Source: Octopus bimaculoides (lineage: Eukaryota). Taken from it: a stretch of 64,000 nt of DNA. The translations under genes were made by a program, and so were the position numbers. Under the pieces are notes generated by a model that searched no databases, was not told where the DNA came from, and saw nothing but the letters and a program-made list of their open reading frames with translations. Within the stretch, counting starts at the first letter, position 1. Each line of letters opens with the position of its first letter. Below, piece by piece: positions 25,022 to 38,295 of the stretch. Where the stretch lies: assembly GCF_001194135.2 (NCBI RefSeq), contig NC_068984.1, positions 2,094,790-2,158,789 on the forward strand, written 5' to 3'.

Positions 25022-25474
25022 ATATATATACATACACGTATGTTACATCTATATTATATCATACCTTGATATTGTGTGGGCTAAGATCCCTATTGACAGG
25101 CCACTGGTGTTTATAAAGTTTTAAACAGTTTCGGTATGCAACTTAGGGACTCCTTCATAGAGTGACTGCTGTATTTGTTGAGTATATAAATAGTTTGGCT
25201 GATTGTTTCGCTGATTGAACCAGTAAGGTTCGAAAATCGATTAAGGATATTCATCTTATTTTTTTTCACTCTGAAATCTGGTTCTACGAGAAAACAGGAA
25301 AACGAAAATAAAGGTTTACGTACGAGAAAATCTGATAAAATACATGTCTGCTTCGTTCAAATAAAACATTAGTCAACAATGGCAACAGCAAGCTAGTTTC
25401 CCAGCGGCGGTGGAGGGAGCAAAGCCTGAGCTTTCTGAGTCGATCCCAATAGTCAAGGCTTGTCGTGTCATCCT

Positions 25475-25862
25475 CCGCAGACCTCCGCCAAGTAGTTCAT
25501 TTTAAGATAGATACGCGAGTAAAATTACTAATAGAGAAACGAAAATGAACTTTGGAAACAGCAACGCCACCATAGGTTACGCAGAAATGATGAACATGGT
25601 TTCTAGAGACATAATCAAAGAACGTAACATTGTAATACGTCATGTAAAGTAAATATAACAAATGAAAAATCCTTCAAGAATCCATAAAAATTCCCAGATC
25701 ACTACCAAAATTTCATCATCTGTTCTTTGTGGCATTACCAACTTTTCCTGTAAGTTTCATCGAATACCGTTCACAACTTCTTGAGTTATTTTGCACACAG
25801 ATGGACAGACAGACAAACCAACACCGATGAAAACATAACCTCCTTCCTTGGCGGAGGTAATT
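25475..25862 (-). mobile_element. Second HINE-like (Helentron-associated) element
   Basis: 5' TTACCTCCGCCAAGG..GGAGGTTATGTTTTC, (GTCT)n, inverted subterminal repeat CCTCCGCCAAG at 25482-25492. Confidence 0.65.
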
Positions 25863-25924
25863 AGGATGGAAATAAAACAAGTCAAAATAACTATACAAGT
25901 AGTACGCAGAAGAAAACACACACA

Positions 25925-25960
<36 letters not shown>

Positions 25961-26823
25961 TACACACAAATACACACGCATACACGTCTATCATTTTATG
26001 TACACATGTATAAGCATTTATATATATATTTATATATATTCATATGCACGCACATGCACACACACTCACACACACACGCTTATATATTTATATATTCGAA
26101 TATACAATATATTTTGTACACACGCGTACACACATATTTGTGTGTGTGTGTGTGTGTGTTTGATGATGGATCTAGTGTTGGTGGCGGTGCTTCGTGTTTT
26201 GGTGCAATATGGTTGGAGATGTCTTTTATAGGTGTAATATATAAAATCATTTTTTATATACGTAATACCCTCAGGAACTACCTCCTCCTCTTCCTCCCCT
26301 CTTCCTTCTTTTCGGCGTAATTGGAGACGTGAATAGGTTTTTGTCTCATCTACGGTCCTTTCTCCCCAGTTCAACCCCAGTTTCACCCCCTCCTCCTCCT
26401 CTACACCTTTTTTTTTTTTTTTTTTTGACTCCTTAACTTGCAAGAGAAACAATCTCTGCTATTCTTTCGCTTCCTTCGACACTCAATCATTTTCCACTTT
26501 AGGCCCTTGTCAAAGGATGCCGTGAAAAAGGGTCAGCTGGTTTGCTATGACATGAACCCTTCCTCCCAGGCCTCCCTAAATTTATACTATCCCCATCACC
26601 ACAACTAGTTCCCTTTAGATCAGCATGGTGCAGGGCACAAATTTCTTCGCCTCACATTTCATCTTGGACAGAGAGAAACGATGGAGAGAGAAATTAATCA
26701 CGAGAAACGGTGAACAGCGAATGAGGAATGATGAAGACATCTTTGATTGTGTGTATGTGCGTGTGTGCGTGCGTGTGTGTGTGAATATATGTGTGTGTAT
26801 GTATATATGTATGTATGTGTATG

Positions 26824-26871
<48 letters not shown>

Positions 26872-26999
26872 AGAAAAAGCTTGTTCATGTTTACGTATGA
26901 ATATGCATACATATATATAAATAAATGCGCGTGAATAGATGTATATATAAGTTTATGTATGTATGTATATATTTATAAATATGCAGGAGAAAAAGTGAA

Positions 27000-27059
<60 letters not shown>

Positions 27060-27238
27060 GAATTATGAATGAATCCATAGAAAGACACATTGATAATGGA
27101 GCTAGAGAAAATGTATTAAATACAGACAGGTGGAAGGAAATATAATTAAATGACTAGGTATATACATACATCTATATGTATGTATGTGTGTGTATGTATG
27201 TATATATATATATATATATATATATGATTATAAATGTC

Positions 27239-27292
<54 letters not shown>

Positions 27293-27747
27293 NNNNNNNN
27301 NNTGTGTGTATATATATATATATATATATACATCGGTATGTAGATAGATAGATAGATGGATCAATCCATTCATTCACACATCAACATCAAGATGATGAAC
27401 GAGAGTTTGTGGATGATGTGTGCAGTGGAAGTTTTATTATATCGATGCTGTCTGTAGTGATGATGATGATGATGATGATGATGATGACCATATCGGTGAT
27501 GATTGTATGAAAAGTGTTAATCGTGGTGATATAGGTGTTGTTGTTAGTGTCTTAAGTGAAGGTGGTGGTGAGGGTGGGGGTGCTGGTCGTGCCGGCGGCG
27601 GCGGCGGTAGATGCCTTACCAGAATCGATGATAAAATGCGTAAACAAGGAAAAATGACTCCACGGCACTTGTTGGCACATAATGCACTTTACACGACCAT
27701 CACACTGTTGCTGTCTCAGACTCTATCACACAACCTCTGTCACATTA

Positions 27748-27788
27748 TGCTGACTCAGTCACATGACCGTCACATGACCGTCACATGC
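27748..27788. promoter_or_regulatory. AP-1/MARE-like site fused to three tandem CACATG E-boxes
   Basis: TGCTGACTCAG-TCACATGACC-GTCACATGACC-GTCACATG. Confidence 0.3.
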
Positions 27789-27876
27789 AGCCTCTTTATC
27801 AAAATCACTTTCGTTACGAATTCATTGAAATCTTATTGATTCATATACGTATGGATAGATATTAGAATGGATGCAG

Positions 27877-27926
<50 letters not shown>

Positions 27927-27935
27927 GATTATACA

Positions 27936-27970
<35 letters not shown>

Positions 27971-28149
27971 NNNNNNNNNNTCACAAAAAAAAAACAAAAG
28001 ACGAAGACAGGTGGTGTAGACAACAAACAGATGTATTAGTTTAACGCTCGGGAAGTGAAAAATTCTTTAATGTTTCGAGCCTAAGCTCTTCCACAGAAAG
28101 GAACACAGAAAGAAACAAGGAGAGAAAATAAAGAATGTGTAGTGGCTAG
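27971..28149 (-). mobile_element. Penelope-like terminal repeat with hammerhead-like motif (family 2, copy 1)
   Basis: Homologous to 61545-61725; RC of 28065-28100 = CTTT-CTGTGGA-A-GAGC(TTAG)GCTC-GAAAC-ATT-AAAG. Confidence 0.55.
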
Positions 28150-29138
28150 CGAGGGTGCGTAAGGTATTTGAGGACATACTTTTTTGGGTCATTGCGGCAT
28201 GTTTTGTTAACTCTGAATAATCTTTGTTTCAGAAAAGAATAATGGCAGACCTTCAGCTTCTTCAAGAAATGACGAGGCATGGTGTTACTGTGGTTATAAA
28301 GGCTGAGCATAGCGATTTAGAAATATCTTGATTATTAAAAGCTTCCAGATCTTTCGCCTACAAAGTTTGTAAGGAGTTAGAGACTGAAGATGGAAACATA
28401 TCACCAGTATCAAAGCATAAAAGGCATTCTAAACGCTCTGAGATCATCAGAAAACCTGAATTTATCCAACAAATTCAGCAGACTATTGATTACAATCCCA
28501 GAAAGTCCTTGAGGTCAATTGCAAAAGATCTCCATGTGTCAGAAGGAACAGTCAGAAATGTTGTCCACGAAGACATCAGATAAAAGTCTTATATGATGAG
28601 GAAAAGTCAATTTGTCAGAAAAAGCAAAAGAAAATCACTACATCAAACCTAAAAGGCTCTTAAACAAACTGAAAAATCCTGCAGAAGAAGATTTGATTTG
28701 GTTTTTCTCAAACGAGGAAAACTTCGACCAAAATCAAAAAATTAACAGAAGAAATGACAGATGGTTATGTGCAGACCCTTCTGAAGTTCCAAGTGTTATA
28801 CATACAAAATTTCCTGAAACTGTCATAGTTTTAGGGGTTCTCAGCAATGAAGGACATGTGATGCCTCCTTATTTCTTTCCACGAGGCCTTAGACTTGACC
28901 CTGCCGCGTACATTGAAGCCCTGGATAGACAGTGTATGCAATGGAAGGCCCATGTGTTTTAGTAAGACTCTGCACTATCACACATATCTCTAGTAACACA
29001 GGAATGGATGGCTGAAAATTTTCACGATCACATAACCCCTAACATTTGGTCTCCTAATTCCCCCCAGATCTCTATCCATTGGACTATTACATGTGGAGTG
29101 TTGTTGAGAGAGAGGTCAATGAACACACCAATAACACC
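28150..29138 (+). mobile_element. maT-like (DD37D) IS630-Tc1-mariner transposase pseudogene, 3' end lost in gap
   Basis: HTH region from ATG 28242, FSNEENF (D1 mutated), second D to SPDLYPLD with 37 residues between after correcting a frameshift. Confidence 0.85.
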
Positions 29139-30123
29139 NNNNNNNNNNNNNNNNNNNNNNNNNNNNNNNNNNNNNNNNNNNNNNNNNNNNNNNNNNNNNN
29201 NNNNNNNNNNNNNNNNNNNNNNNNNNNNNNNNNNNNNNNNNNNNNNNNNNNNNNNNNNNNNNNNNNNNNNNNNNNNNNNNNNNNNNNNNNNNNNNNNNNN
29301 NNNNNNNNNNNNNNNNNNNNNNNNNNNNNNNNNNNNNNNNNNNNNNNNNNNNNNNNNNNNNNNNNNNNNNNNNNNNNNNNNNNNNNNNNNNNNNNNNNNN
29401 NNNNNNNNNNNNNNNNNNNNNNNNNNNNNNNNNNNNNNNNNNNNNNNNNNNNNNNNNNNNNNNNNNNNNNNNNNNNNNNNNNNNNNNNNNNNNNNNNNNN
29501 NNNNNNNNNNNNNNNNNNNNNNNNNNNNNNNNNNNNNNNNNNNNNNNNNNNNNNNNNNNNNNNNNNNNNNNNNNNNNNNNNNNNNNNNNNNNNNNNNNNN
29601 NNNNNNNNNNNNNNNNNNNNNNNNNNNNNNNNNNNNNNNNNNNNNNNNNNNNNNNNNNNNNNNNNNNNNNNNNNNNNNNNNNNNNNNNNNNNNNNNNNNN
29701 NNNNNNNNNNNNNNNNNNNNNNNNNNNNNNNNNNNNNNNNNNNNNNNNNNNNNNNNNNNNNNNNNNNNNNNNNNNNNNNNNNNNNNNNNNNNNNNNNNNN
29801 NNNNNNNNNNNNNNNNNNNNNNNNNNNNNNNNNNNNNNNNNNNNNNNNNNNNNNNNNNNNNNNNNNNNNNNNNNNNNNNNNNNNNNNNNNNNNNNNNNNN
29901 NNNNNNNNNNNNNNNNNNNNNNNNNNNNNNNNNNNNNNNNNNNNNNNNNNNNNNNNNNNNNNNNNNNNNNNNNNNNNNNNNNNNNNNNNNNNNNNNNNNN
30001 NNNNNNNNNNNNNNNNNNNNNNNNNNNNNNNNNNNNNNNNNNNNNNNNNNNNNNNNNNNNNNNNNNNNNNNNNNNNNNNNNNNNNNNNNNNNNNNNNNNN
30101 NNNNNNNNNNNNNNNNNNNNNNN

Positions 30124-30351
30124 GTTTGCAATAATCGACTATCACGAGAGTTACGTTGCAAAACACCTCGCGATACGTGAAAATCCACGAAGTAGAAACA
30201 ATACTGCAGTGTTTTTTTTTTATAATTTGTATAAATTTATTTTATTATAAATGCAAAACAACACCACGGAGGAATCGACATAAACTTAAATAATAAACCG
30301 CGATAGGTGAACCGCGAAAGGTGAACCGCGAAATGACGAGGGATTCCTATA
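30124..30351. mobile_element. pogo/Tigger-like transposon right end
   Basis: RC TATAGGAATCCCTCGTCATTTCGCGGTTCACC with triplicated AACCGCGA subterminal unit and TA end. Confidence 0.5.
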
Positions 30352-30419
30352 TCACGATACTCCAATGAGGTACAGATCTGATCGCACACACACACACACA
30401 CATAGATATTTATATTTAT

Positions 30420-30660
30420 AGGCTGTGTGGTAAAAGATTTGCTTCCGAACCACACGGTTCTGTGTTCAGTCCCAGTGTGGCACCTTGGGAAAGCGCTTTT
30501 TACTAGAGCCTCGGGCCGACCAAAGCCTTAAGTGGATTTGGTAGATGTGTGTGCGTGTGTATGTGTGCGCGCCTGTGTTTGACCCCTACCACCGCTTGAC
30601 AACCGGTGTTGGTGTGTTTATGTCCTTGTAACTTAGCGGTTCAGTAAAAGGTAAAAGATA
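30420..30660 (+). mobile_element. SINE family C with internal (TG)n
   Basis: Head GTGTGGTAAAAGATTTGCTTCCGAACCAC, central GCCTCGGGCCGACCAAAGCC, then TG tract and CTTAGCGGTTC. Confidence 0.8.
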
Positions 30661-30788
30661 AATGTGTGTGTATGTGTGGATATATATATATATAGACATA
30701 TATAAATGTATGTATGTATGTATGTATGTATGTGTGTATGTATATATATATATGTATATATGTATGTGTGCATATATATATATATATG

Positions 30789-30945
<157 letters not shown>

Positions 30946-31428
30946 ATATATATATATATATACACATACGCATAATATGTATACGGTATCATTGCTGGTT
31001 TAGTTACGTCTTAGCCAAGGAAGACGTCCAGGTGTGTCCATTACAGTTTTCTGTGGAAGCTGGCACGGTCAGATTAGATTTCAGTAATACACACACACAC
31101 ACACACACGTATTTAAGTCGAATACAGTTTTCAAGACTAAGCTGTATACACGTGTGTGTGTGTGTGTGCGTTCATATGTATTTGCATGCATGTGTATGTG
31201 TGTTTTTTGTGTGTATGCGTGTATAGAATGACCAGAAGCGGTGGGGAGGGTGGGACGAGGTGGGAGTATCAGTCATAAAACAAAAACATGAGGAAATGCA
31301 GCCGAGAGAAGAACTACGGGGATGAGACGTGTAAGAGAGAGGTGGGGAGGGAGGCACGGAGACAGGGTGGGGGGATGCCTGTGAATAATTAATAAAGGAA
31401 TAAGAAAGGAAAGGAAGACATATAAGGA

Positions 31429-31461
<33 letters not shown>

Positions 31462-31643
31462 AGTCGTTGTAGTCAGTAAAACAAGGAATTAAAATTACTC
31501 CAAGAAGCCAAATCCATTGCGGCGAAAAAATTTAAATCTCAGTTGTATAAGTTTGAATTAATCTTCTACCCTAGTATATTACCAGTACTGATCTGATCAT
31601 AACTAGGATTTAAACTATCGGTCTAGCAACCACTCTGTCTAAT

Positions 31644-31693
<50 letters not shown>

Positions 31694-32734
31694 NNNNNNN
31701 NNNNNNNNNNNNNNNNNNNNNNNNNNNNNNNNNNNNNNNNNNNNNNNNNNNNNNNNNNNNNNNNNNNNNNNNNNNNNNNNNNNNNNNNNNNNNNNNNNNN
31801 NNNNNNNNNNNNNNNNNNNNNNNNNNNNNNNNNNNNNNNNNNNNNNNNNNNNNNNNNNNNNNNNNNNNNNNNNNNNNNNNNNNNNNNNNNNNNNNNNNNN
31901 NNNNNNNNNNNNNNNNNNNNNNNNNNNNNNNNNNNNNNNNNNNNNNNNNNNNNNNNNNNNNNNNNNNNNNNNNNNNNNNNNNNNNNNNNNNNNNNNNNNN
32001 NNNNNNNNNNNNNNNNNNNNNNNNNNNNNNNNNNNNNNNNNNNNNNNNNNNNNNNNNNNNNNNNNNNNNNNNNNNNNNNNNNNNNNNNNNNNNNNNNNNN
32101 NNNNNNNNNNNNNNNNNNNNNNNNNNNNNNNNNNNNNNNNNNNNNNNNNNNNNNNNNNNNNNNNNNNNNNNNNNNNNNNNNNNNNNNNNNNNNNNNNNNN
32201 NNNNNNNNNNNNNNNNNNNNNNNNNNNNNNNNNNNNNNNNNNNNNNNNNNNNNNNNNNNNNNNNNNNNNNNNNNNNNNNNNNNNNNNNNNNNNNNNNNNN
32301 NNNNNNNNNNNNNNNNNNNNNNNNNNNNNNNNNNNNNNNNNNNNNNNNNNNNNNNNNNNNNNNNNNNNNNNNNNNNNNNNNNNNNNNNNNNNNNNNNNNN
32401 NNNNNNNNNNNNNNNNNNNNNNNNNNNNNNNNNNNNNNNNNNNNNNNNNNNNNNNNNNNNNNNNNNNNNNNNNNNNNNNNNNNNNNNNNNNNNNNNNNNN
32501 NNNNNNNNNNNNNNNNNNNNNNNNNNNNNNNNNNNNNNNNNNNNNNNNNNNNGTATAATCATTCTTTTTGGCTAGGGTTTAAAATTTCGCCAGGCAGCTT
32601 ATTTAACCAGTGAAAACGAATTTTGTTATGAATTTTATTCTACTTTCAGCATTGTGACCTTATTGGTAAATATTCTTCCTTTAGAATTAGAATATTAATT
32701 CAATTCTTTCAGTCCGTTTATCTATCTATCTAGA

Positions 32735-32955
32735 TCTTATTTCTTTATTGCCCACAAGGGGCCAAACATAGAGGGGACAAACAAGAACAGACAAAGGGAC
32801 TAAGTCAATTACATCGACCCCAGTGCGTAACTGATACTTAAAATGAAAGGGTAAGTCGACCTCGGCGGAATTTGAACTCAGGACGTAACGGCAGACGAAA
32901 TACCGCCAAGCATTTCGCCCGGCGTGCTACCGCTTCTGCCTGCTCTCCGCCTTAT
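32735..32955 (-). mobile_element. SINE family A, full length
   Basis: CTTATTTCTTTATTGCCCACAAGGG..GTCGACCTCGGCGGAATTTGAACTCAGG..CTCCGCCTT. Confidence 0.85.
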
Positions 32956-33057
32956 CTGTCTATCTGTCTATCTGTCTATCTGTATCTACCTATCTAACTA
33001 TATCTATCTCTTTATAATTCTATGTGTATGTTTTAGAGTGTCTTTCAGTGTGTGAGT

Positions 33058-33193
<136 letters not shown>

Positions 33194-34267
33194 GTTATGC
33201 CACAGACCGTCGAGTGAGAGCATTCATTAGCATCCATCGAAGACACGAGTTCAATCCCGATGCAGGCTAATTTGACGTTCATCTCTACCGAGGTCAACAT
33301 AATACAGTACCATTGAGGTATTGATTTCAATACACTCGCCCCTGCCCCGCCCACTTTATCCATTTCTAGCCATATGCCTCGATTAAAAATCAATATTGCA
33401 ATTTTTATTTGATTCTTTCCCCATTTTGTATCCTTTTCTTTCTTCAAAGACATTCGATGCAAAAAGAAATAAAATATTTTACTCTTTTACAAACGCAAAT
33501 GTTTTCTTTTCTTTACCATTTTAGTTTCTTTCCAGGCTTCTTTCAGTCTTTATTGTTTAACCATTAATCGTCCCACTGCGTCCTCCTCTTCCCCTCTTCC
33601 CCTCTTCCCCCCTACCACCTCAGCTCAAACAATTAACGCCCCACCCCACCCACATACCTACCTTTCTATCTATTTACTTACCTCTTGATCTGCTTCGCAA
33701 ACTATTCATATATATATTATTTATATTATATCATTTATATTATATTATATCATTTATATTATATTATATTATTTATATTATATTATTTGTATTATATATA
33801 TATATATNNNNNNNNNNNNNNNNNNNNNNNNNNNNNNNNNNNNNNNNNNNNNNNNNNNNNNNNNNNNNNNNNNNNNNNNNNNNNNNNNNNNNNNNNNNNN
33901 NNNNNNNNNNNNNNNNNNNNNNNNNNNNNNNNNNNNNNNNNNNNNNNNNNNNNNNNNNNNNNNNNNNNNNNNNNNNNNNNNNNNNNNNNNNNNNNNNNNN
34001 NNNNNNNNNNNNNNNNNNNNNNNNNNNNNNNNNNNNNNNNNNNNNNNNNNNNNNNNNNNNNNNNNNNNNNNNNNNNNNNNNNNNNNNNNNNNNNNNNNNN
34101 NNNNNNNNNNNNNNNNNNNNNNNNNNNNNNNNNNNNNNNNNNNNNNNNNNNNNNNNNNNNNNNNNNNNNNNNNNNNNNNNNNNNNNNNNNNNNNNNNNNN
34201 NNNNNNNNNNNNNNNNNNNNNNNNNNNNNNNNNNNNNNNNNNNNNNNNNNNNNNNNNNNNNNNNNNN

Positions 34268-34478
34268 GTGTGTGTGTGTGCCTATGTTTGTCCCCCATCA
34301 CCGTTTGGTGTGTTTACGTGCCCGTAACTGAGCGGTTCGGCAAAAGACAACGATAAGATACGTACCAGGCTTAACAAAAGAATAAGTACTGAGGTTGATT
34401 CATTCGACTAGAAAAAATATTCGAAGGCGGTGCCCCAGCATGGCCGCAGTCTAATGACTTAAACGAGTAAAAGATACA
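34268..34478 (+). mobile_element. SINE family C 3' half
   Basis: GTAACTGAGCGGTTCGGCAAAAGAC..GGCGGTGCCCCAGCATGGCCGCAGTC. Confidence 0.8.
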
Positions 34479-34589
34479 TATATAGCAACAACAGCCTAAG
34501 ATCGAATCATAGGAAAGGTAAACGAGAAGATATTGGTGAACGTCAGAATGCCGAGTTCCCCTCAATAATATCAACACCTGGGGACACTT

Positions 34590-34850
34590 ATAGACATACA
34601 AACACCAGCAAGCCCAAGAAACGCCAGATATCTAGGTATACCCTTCCCTTCACTAACAACGCTAAAACCAATATTCTGAGGGTCTTTTATAATCTATGAA
34701 AAATAAAATCCCCCCCCCCTTCTCATCATAAATACGATGAAATAATTAATAGGAAAACCTTTAAAGTATCCTACGACACGAACCCGAATTTAGAAGCTAT
34801 CATAGCTGCATTTAACAGCTACAAATTAAAATCTTCATAATCTTAAATCC
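34590..34850 (+). mobile_element. Penelope-like element RT C-terminal (thumb/linker) remnant
   Basis: PFTNNAKTNILRVF then HHKYDEIINRKTFKVSYDTNPNLEAIIAAFN, resembling the PPF..NVKTNIG..F and IFNRNTVKVSYSC.PN PLE motifs. Confidence 0.55.
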
Positions 34851-35419
34851 ACATCCCTCCCTCGTGGGCCAACACGGGAAAATTAAACCCCAAATTTTCA
34901 AATTTTTGTACTACAGGTCACATTGAAATGGAAGCTAAGACTGACCCTTTCACAGTCGGGGGTAAGTCCCCGGTACAGCTGATTCTGATACTACCACAAA
35001 CCCAAAATTGAGGAAAATACTCAATTTACAAATATTCGTTACGCTTACAAAGCAGGCGAATAGAATTTTGAAGGTCTTGCAGAAGCAGGGTTCGCAAAAT
35101 CTCTCATTATCATTCGAGGGCTGAGCTTTGACTAATTTCGAAGTGAATGTCTTGGGATTGAGCTCATAAAAATGTTCAGTTAAGAAAGTATTAGATTTTA
35201 GGTTATATGACGAAAAGGATGTCTATGGGTTGAAGTCCCTAGCTTCACCGGTTGGTGGTGGCTCCAGTGTAATATTTTGGAGTAGAGCTGGGAGCTACCA
35301 CACACTCATACACCATATTTGTTTGAATACAGATTCCATTCGAGAGACACTTTTCCCTAGGTTCGTAATTACACCCGTGTTCTGGCGGGTGGGTTGTATA
35401 CTAAAGTTGGGGAGAGAGC

Positions 35420-35725
35420 ACGCAGCAAAATGATTGGCAGCATTTCGTCCGTCTTTACGTTTTGAGACGTCGACTTTGCTTATCATTCTTTCGGAGGTCG
35501 ATAAATTAAGTACCAGTGAAGCACCGGGGTCGATGTAACCGACTTGTCCCCTACCCTTAAATTTCCGTAGTGTAAGTAATAGTATTAATAATCATTTCTA
35601 CTGGAGACACATCGCGAAAGGATGAAAGGCAAAGTCGACCTCGGCAGAATTTGAACTCAGAACGTAGCGATGGGCGAAATACCGCCAAGCATTTCGTCCA
35701 GCGCGCTAACCACTCCGCCAGCTCG
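35420..35725. mobile_element. Two SINE family A copies in opposite orientation
   Basis: 35420-35570 plus, 35610-35725 minus; both contain GTCGAC(C/T)T and GCATTTCGTCC. Confidence 0.7.
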
Positions 35726-35848
35726 ACTCCTTAGTAATAATACTAATAACGATAAGGAGACGGAGAGGTTTCGCATCTATAATTTTATTTAACAGTTATT
35801 TACAGCAGTCTTTATTGGACCTACACGTGTTTCGATTGCAGCGATTGC

Positions 35849-35967
35849 ACACTGTTGGATATGCAATCTAGCACCATGGCCGGTGCAGTTCCATCAGGGT
35901 CAGCAGAGGGTGAGGACCCTGACAGACCTGCACCGGCCATGATGCTAGATTGCATATCCAACAGTGT
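35849..35967. repeat. Long inverted repeat / hairpin
   Basis: 40-bp arms (35849-35888; 35928-35967) with one mismatch, plus inner 8-bp stem TCAGGGTC/GACCCTGA. Confidence 0.9.
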
Positions 35968-36500
35968 CCTGTCGTAGCAGATTCGTTATGTAGTGACCAG
36001 TCCAACCACTGATGTTGTCGAACCAGGCTTTTCTCCGTCTACTTCTCTTTTACTTTCCCTCAACTGGGCCCTGAAGAAAGGTTTTGAACAGCGAGGTGTG
36101 ACGGGATGCATGACCGTACCAGGAAAAGCCTTTGTCTTTTGTACCAGCACAAGGTGTAGCTTCCTCCCAGCCAGCGTATTTGTCGACTTGCTGCCTGGCA
36201 AAGCTGTTCGTTTTGTGCTCTGAAGCAGTTGCGCTCAAATGCCTGGATACTTCGCTCCATGTCAGCGCTAAAAGTTCAGCTCTCACACCCATACAGAAGG
36301 GTCGAAGTCACCAGGGACTTGTACACTTTGTAACTTGTTGGAAAACTACTGGGATTGCTTTTTCATATGATGTTCTGGTTCGTCATGACAGCAGAGGCAA
36401 AACTGAGTGTTCCTGGAGCGAGGAGACATCCTTGTCGAACATCCACTGTTGTCCTGAAGAATTCTATGACGTTTTTGTCTTGGGGTAAATTTAATATCTT
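35968..36500 (-). mobile_element. RTE-clade LINE 3' remnant
   Basis: FFRTTVDVRQGCLLAP, KVYKSLVTSTLLYGCES, SWYGHASRHTSLFKTFLQGPVEG, WFDNISGWTG. Confidence 0.85.
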
Positions 36501-37330
36501 AGTTTCCAGCCACAGCGTCCTTAAGGATGGACGGGTACGCTAGTTCTCACCAGACTCTCACTTTTGGCTCTGAGACCGGTAACTACTTCTGCTGGCAGGC
36601 TAAGCTTTGTGAAGGACTGAATGCTTGGAGAGGAAATGGGCACCACCAGGTATTTCTAAGGCCCAGTGAAATGCCATAATAGACACACGAAGAAGAGTTA
36701 GCATGCTGGATCGGTCGAGGCCTGAAAAGCGACCGTGCCCTCCACTGCTATTTCCCCGGGTGGAGGCAATCAATGTGCCACCGCGATAACAACAACAACA
36801 ATACATACACATGTGCATGCTGAAATACATACATGCATAATACATATACACAAACATACATGCGTTTATAGTTACATAGACGCACATATATATAGACGCA
36901 TGTGTACATATGAGCAAAGATGCACCTTACAAACACATAGACACATACACATATAAATATACGTATATATGTACGTATGCATGTGTATGTGTGTATGTAT
37001 GTCCATAAACATACACTCATGTGTGTGTGCATGTGTTTGTGTGTGTGTGTATGTGTGTGTGAGTGTGTGTGAGTGTGTGTGTGTGTGAGTGTGTAAGTGT
37101 GTGTGTGTGTGCGTGTTTGTTTTAGTGGATGTAGAGAAAGAGAAAGGAAAAGGAGAGGCAAATGGATGCGGTTTAGAGTCGAGTTTGTAATAGGAAAGAC
37201 GTCAGCTTGAAGTGTGTGAGCTGAGAAGAGGGAAAGGGGGAGAAGGTATACATGAGAGAGGGAGGAGGAGGAGGTGGAGGAGGAGGAGGAGGCATACAGA
37301 GAAAGCGAGAGAGAGGAAGTGGGAGAGCGA

Positions 37331-37369
<39 letters not shown>

Positions 37370-37935
37370 TTATTCGAAAGCAGCTTTTCTCTGTTGCGAG
37401 AATGTGGATTTGTGAGGCGGATCCGATGGGTGGAGCAATGCCTCAATTACGCCATTCGGCAACGTATATTGAAGAATGGAAACAGCCCCGAACTAAAGTC
37501 AACTGAAATTAGTTGTCAATAATTGCTGTTTCAACGCAAAATCGGACGACAAACATTATGGGGGGGGGGGGATATAAGGAATATAACGAAATCTACGGAA
37601 ACAACAACAAAACCACATTTCAATGTTGTTGTTGTTGTTGTTGTTATTTAACTTATTGCTAATCCGTTTCTTTTATCTTCTTTTCTTCCTACCTTCTTTT
37701 CAGCCATCTTTTCTTTTTCTAATATTGTTTCTTTCCTCCTTCTTTCCTTCCTCTCACCCTACCTCCCTTTCTTCCTTTCTTTCATTTTTCTTTCTTTCTT
37801 TCTTTCTTCTTTTCTTTCTTTCTTTCTTTCTATTTATTTATTTATCTATTCCTATTTTCTTACAATTTCTTTCCGCTGTCTTTTCACTCCACATCTCTTT
37901 TTCAATTATATTTCTCCATTCCCTCGCTGCCTTCC

Positions 37936-37985
<50 letters not shown>

Positions 37986-38295
37986 NNNNNNNNNNNNNNN
38001 NNNNNNNNNNNNNNNNNNNNNNNNNNNNNNNNNNNNNNNNNNNNNNNNNNNNNNNNNNNNNNNNNNNNNNNNNNNNNNNNNNNNNNNNNNNNNNNNNNNN
38101 NNNNNNNNNNNNNNNNNNNNNNNNNNNNNNCCTGGAGTCGAAGCGCGGACTCTATTGGGATGATGCTCTTCGGATCACCTCTCGATGTTCCAGTCTGGGC
38201 TGGAGACGCTTGGAAAACGTTTTCACGCTGCTTCTTTCCGGAACAAGAACCTCTCCTAATCTTTTGAGATGTGCAGTGGCCTTCTGGATTCTAGT

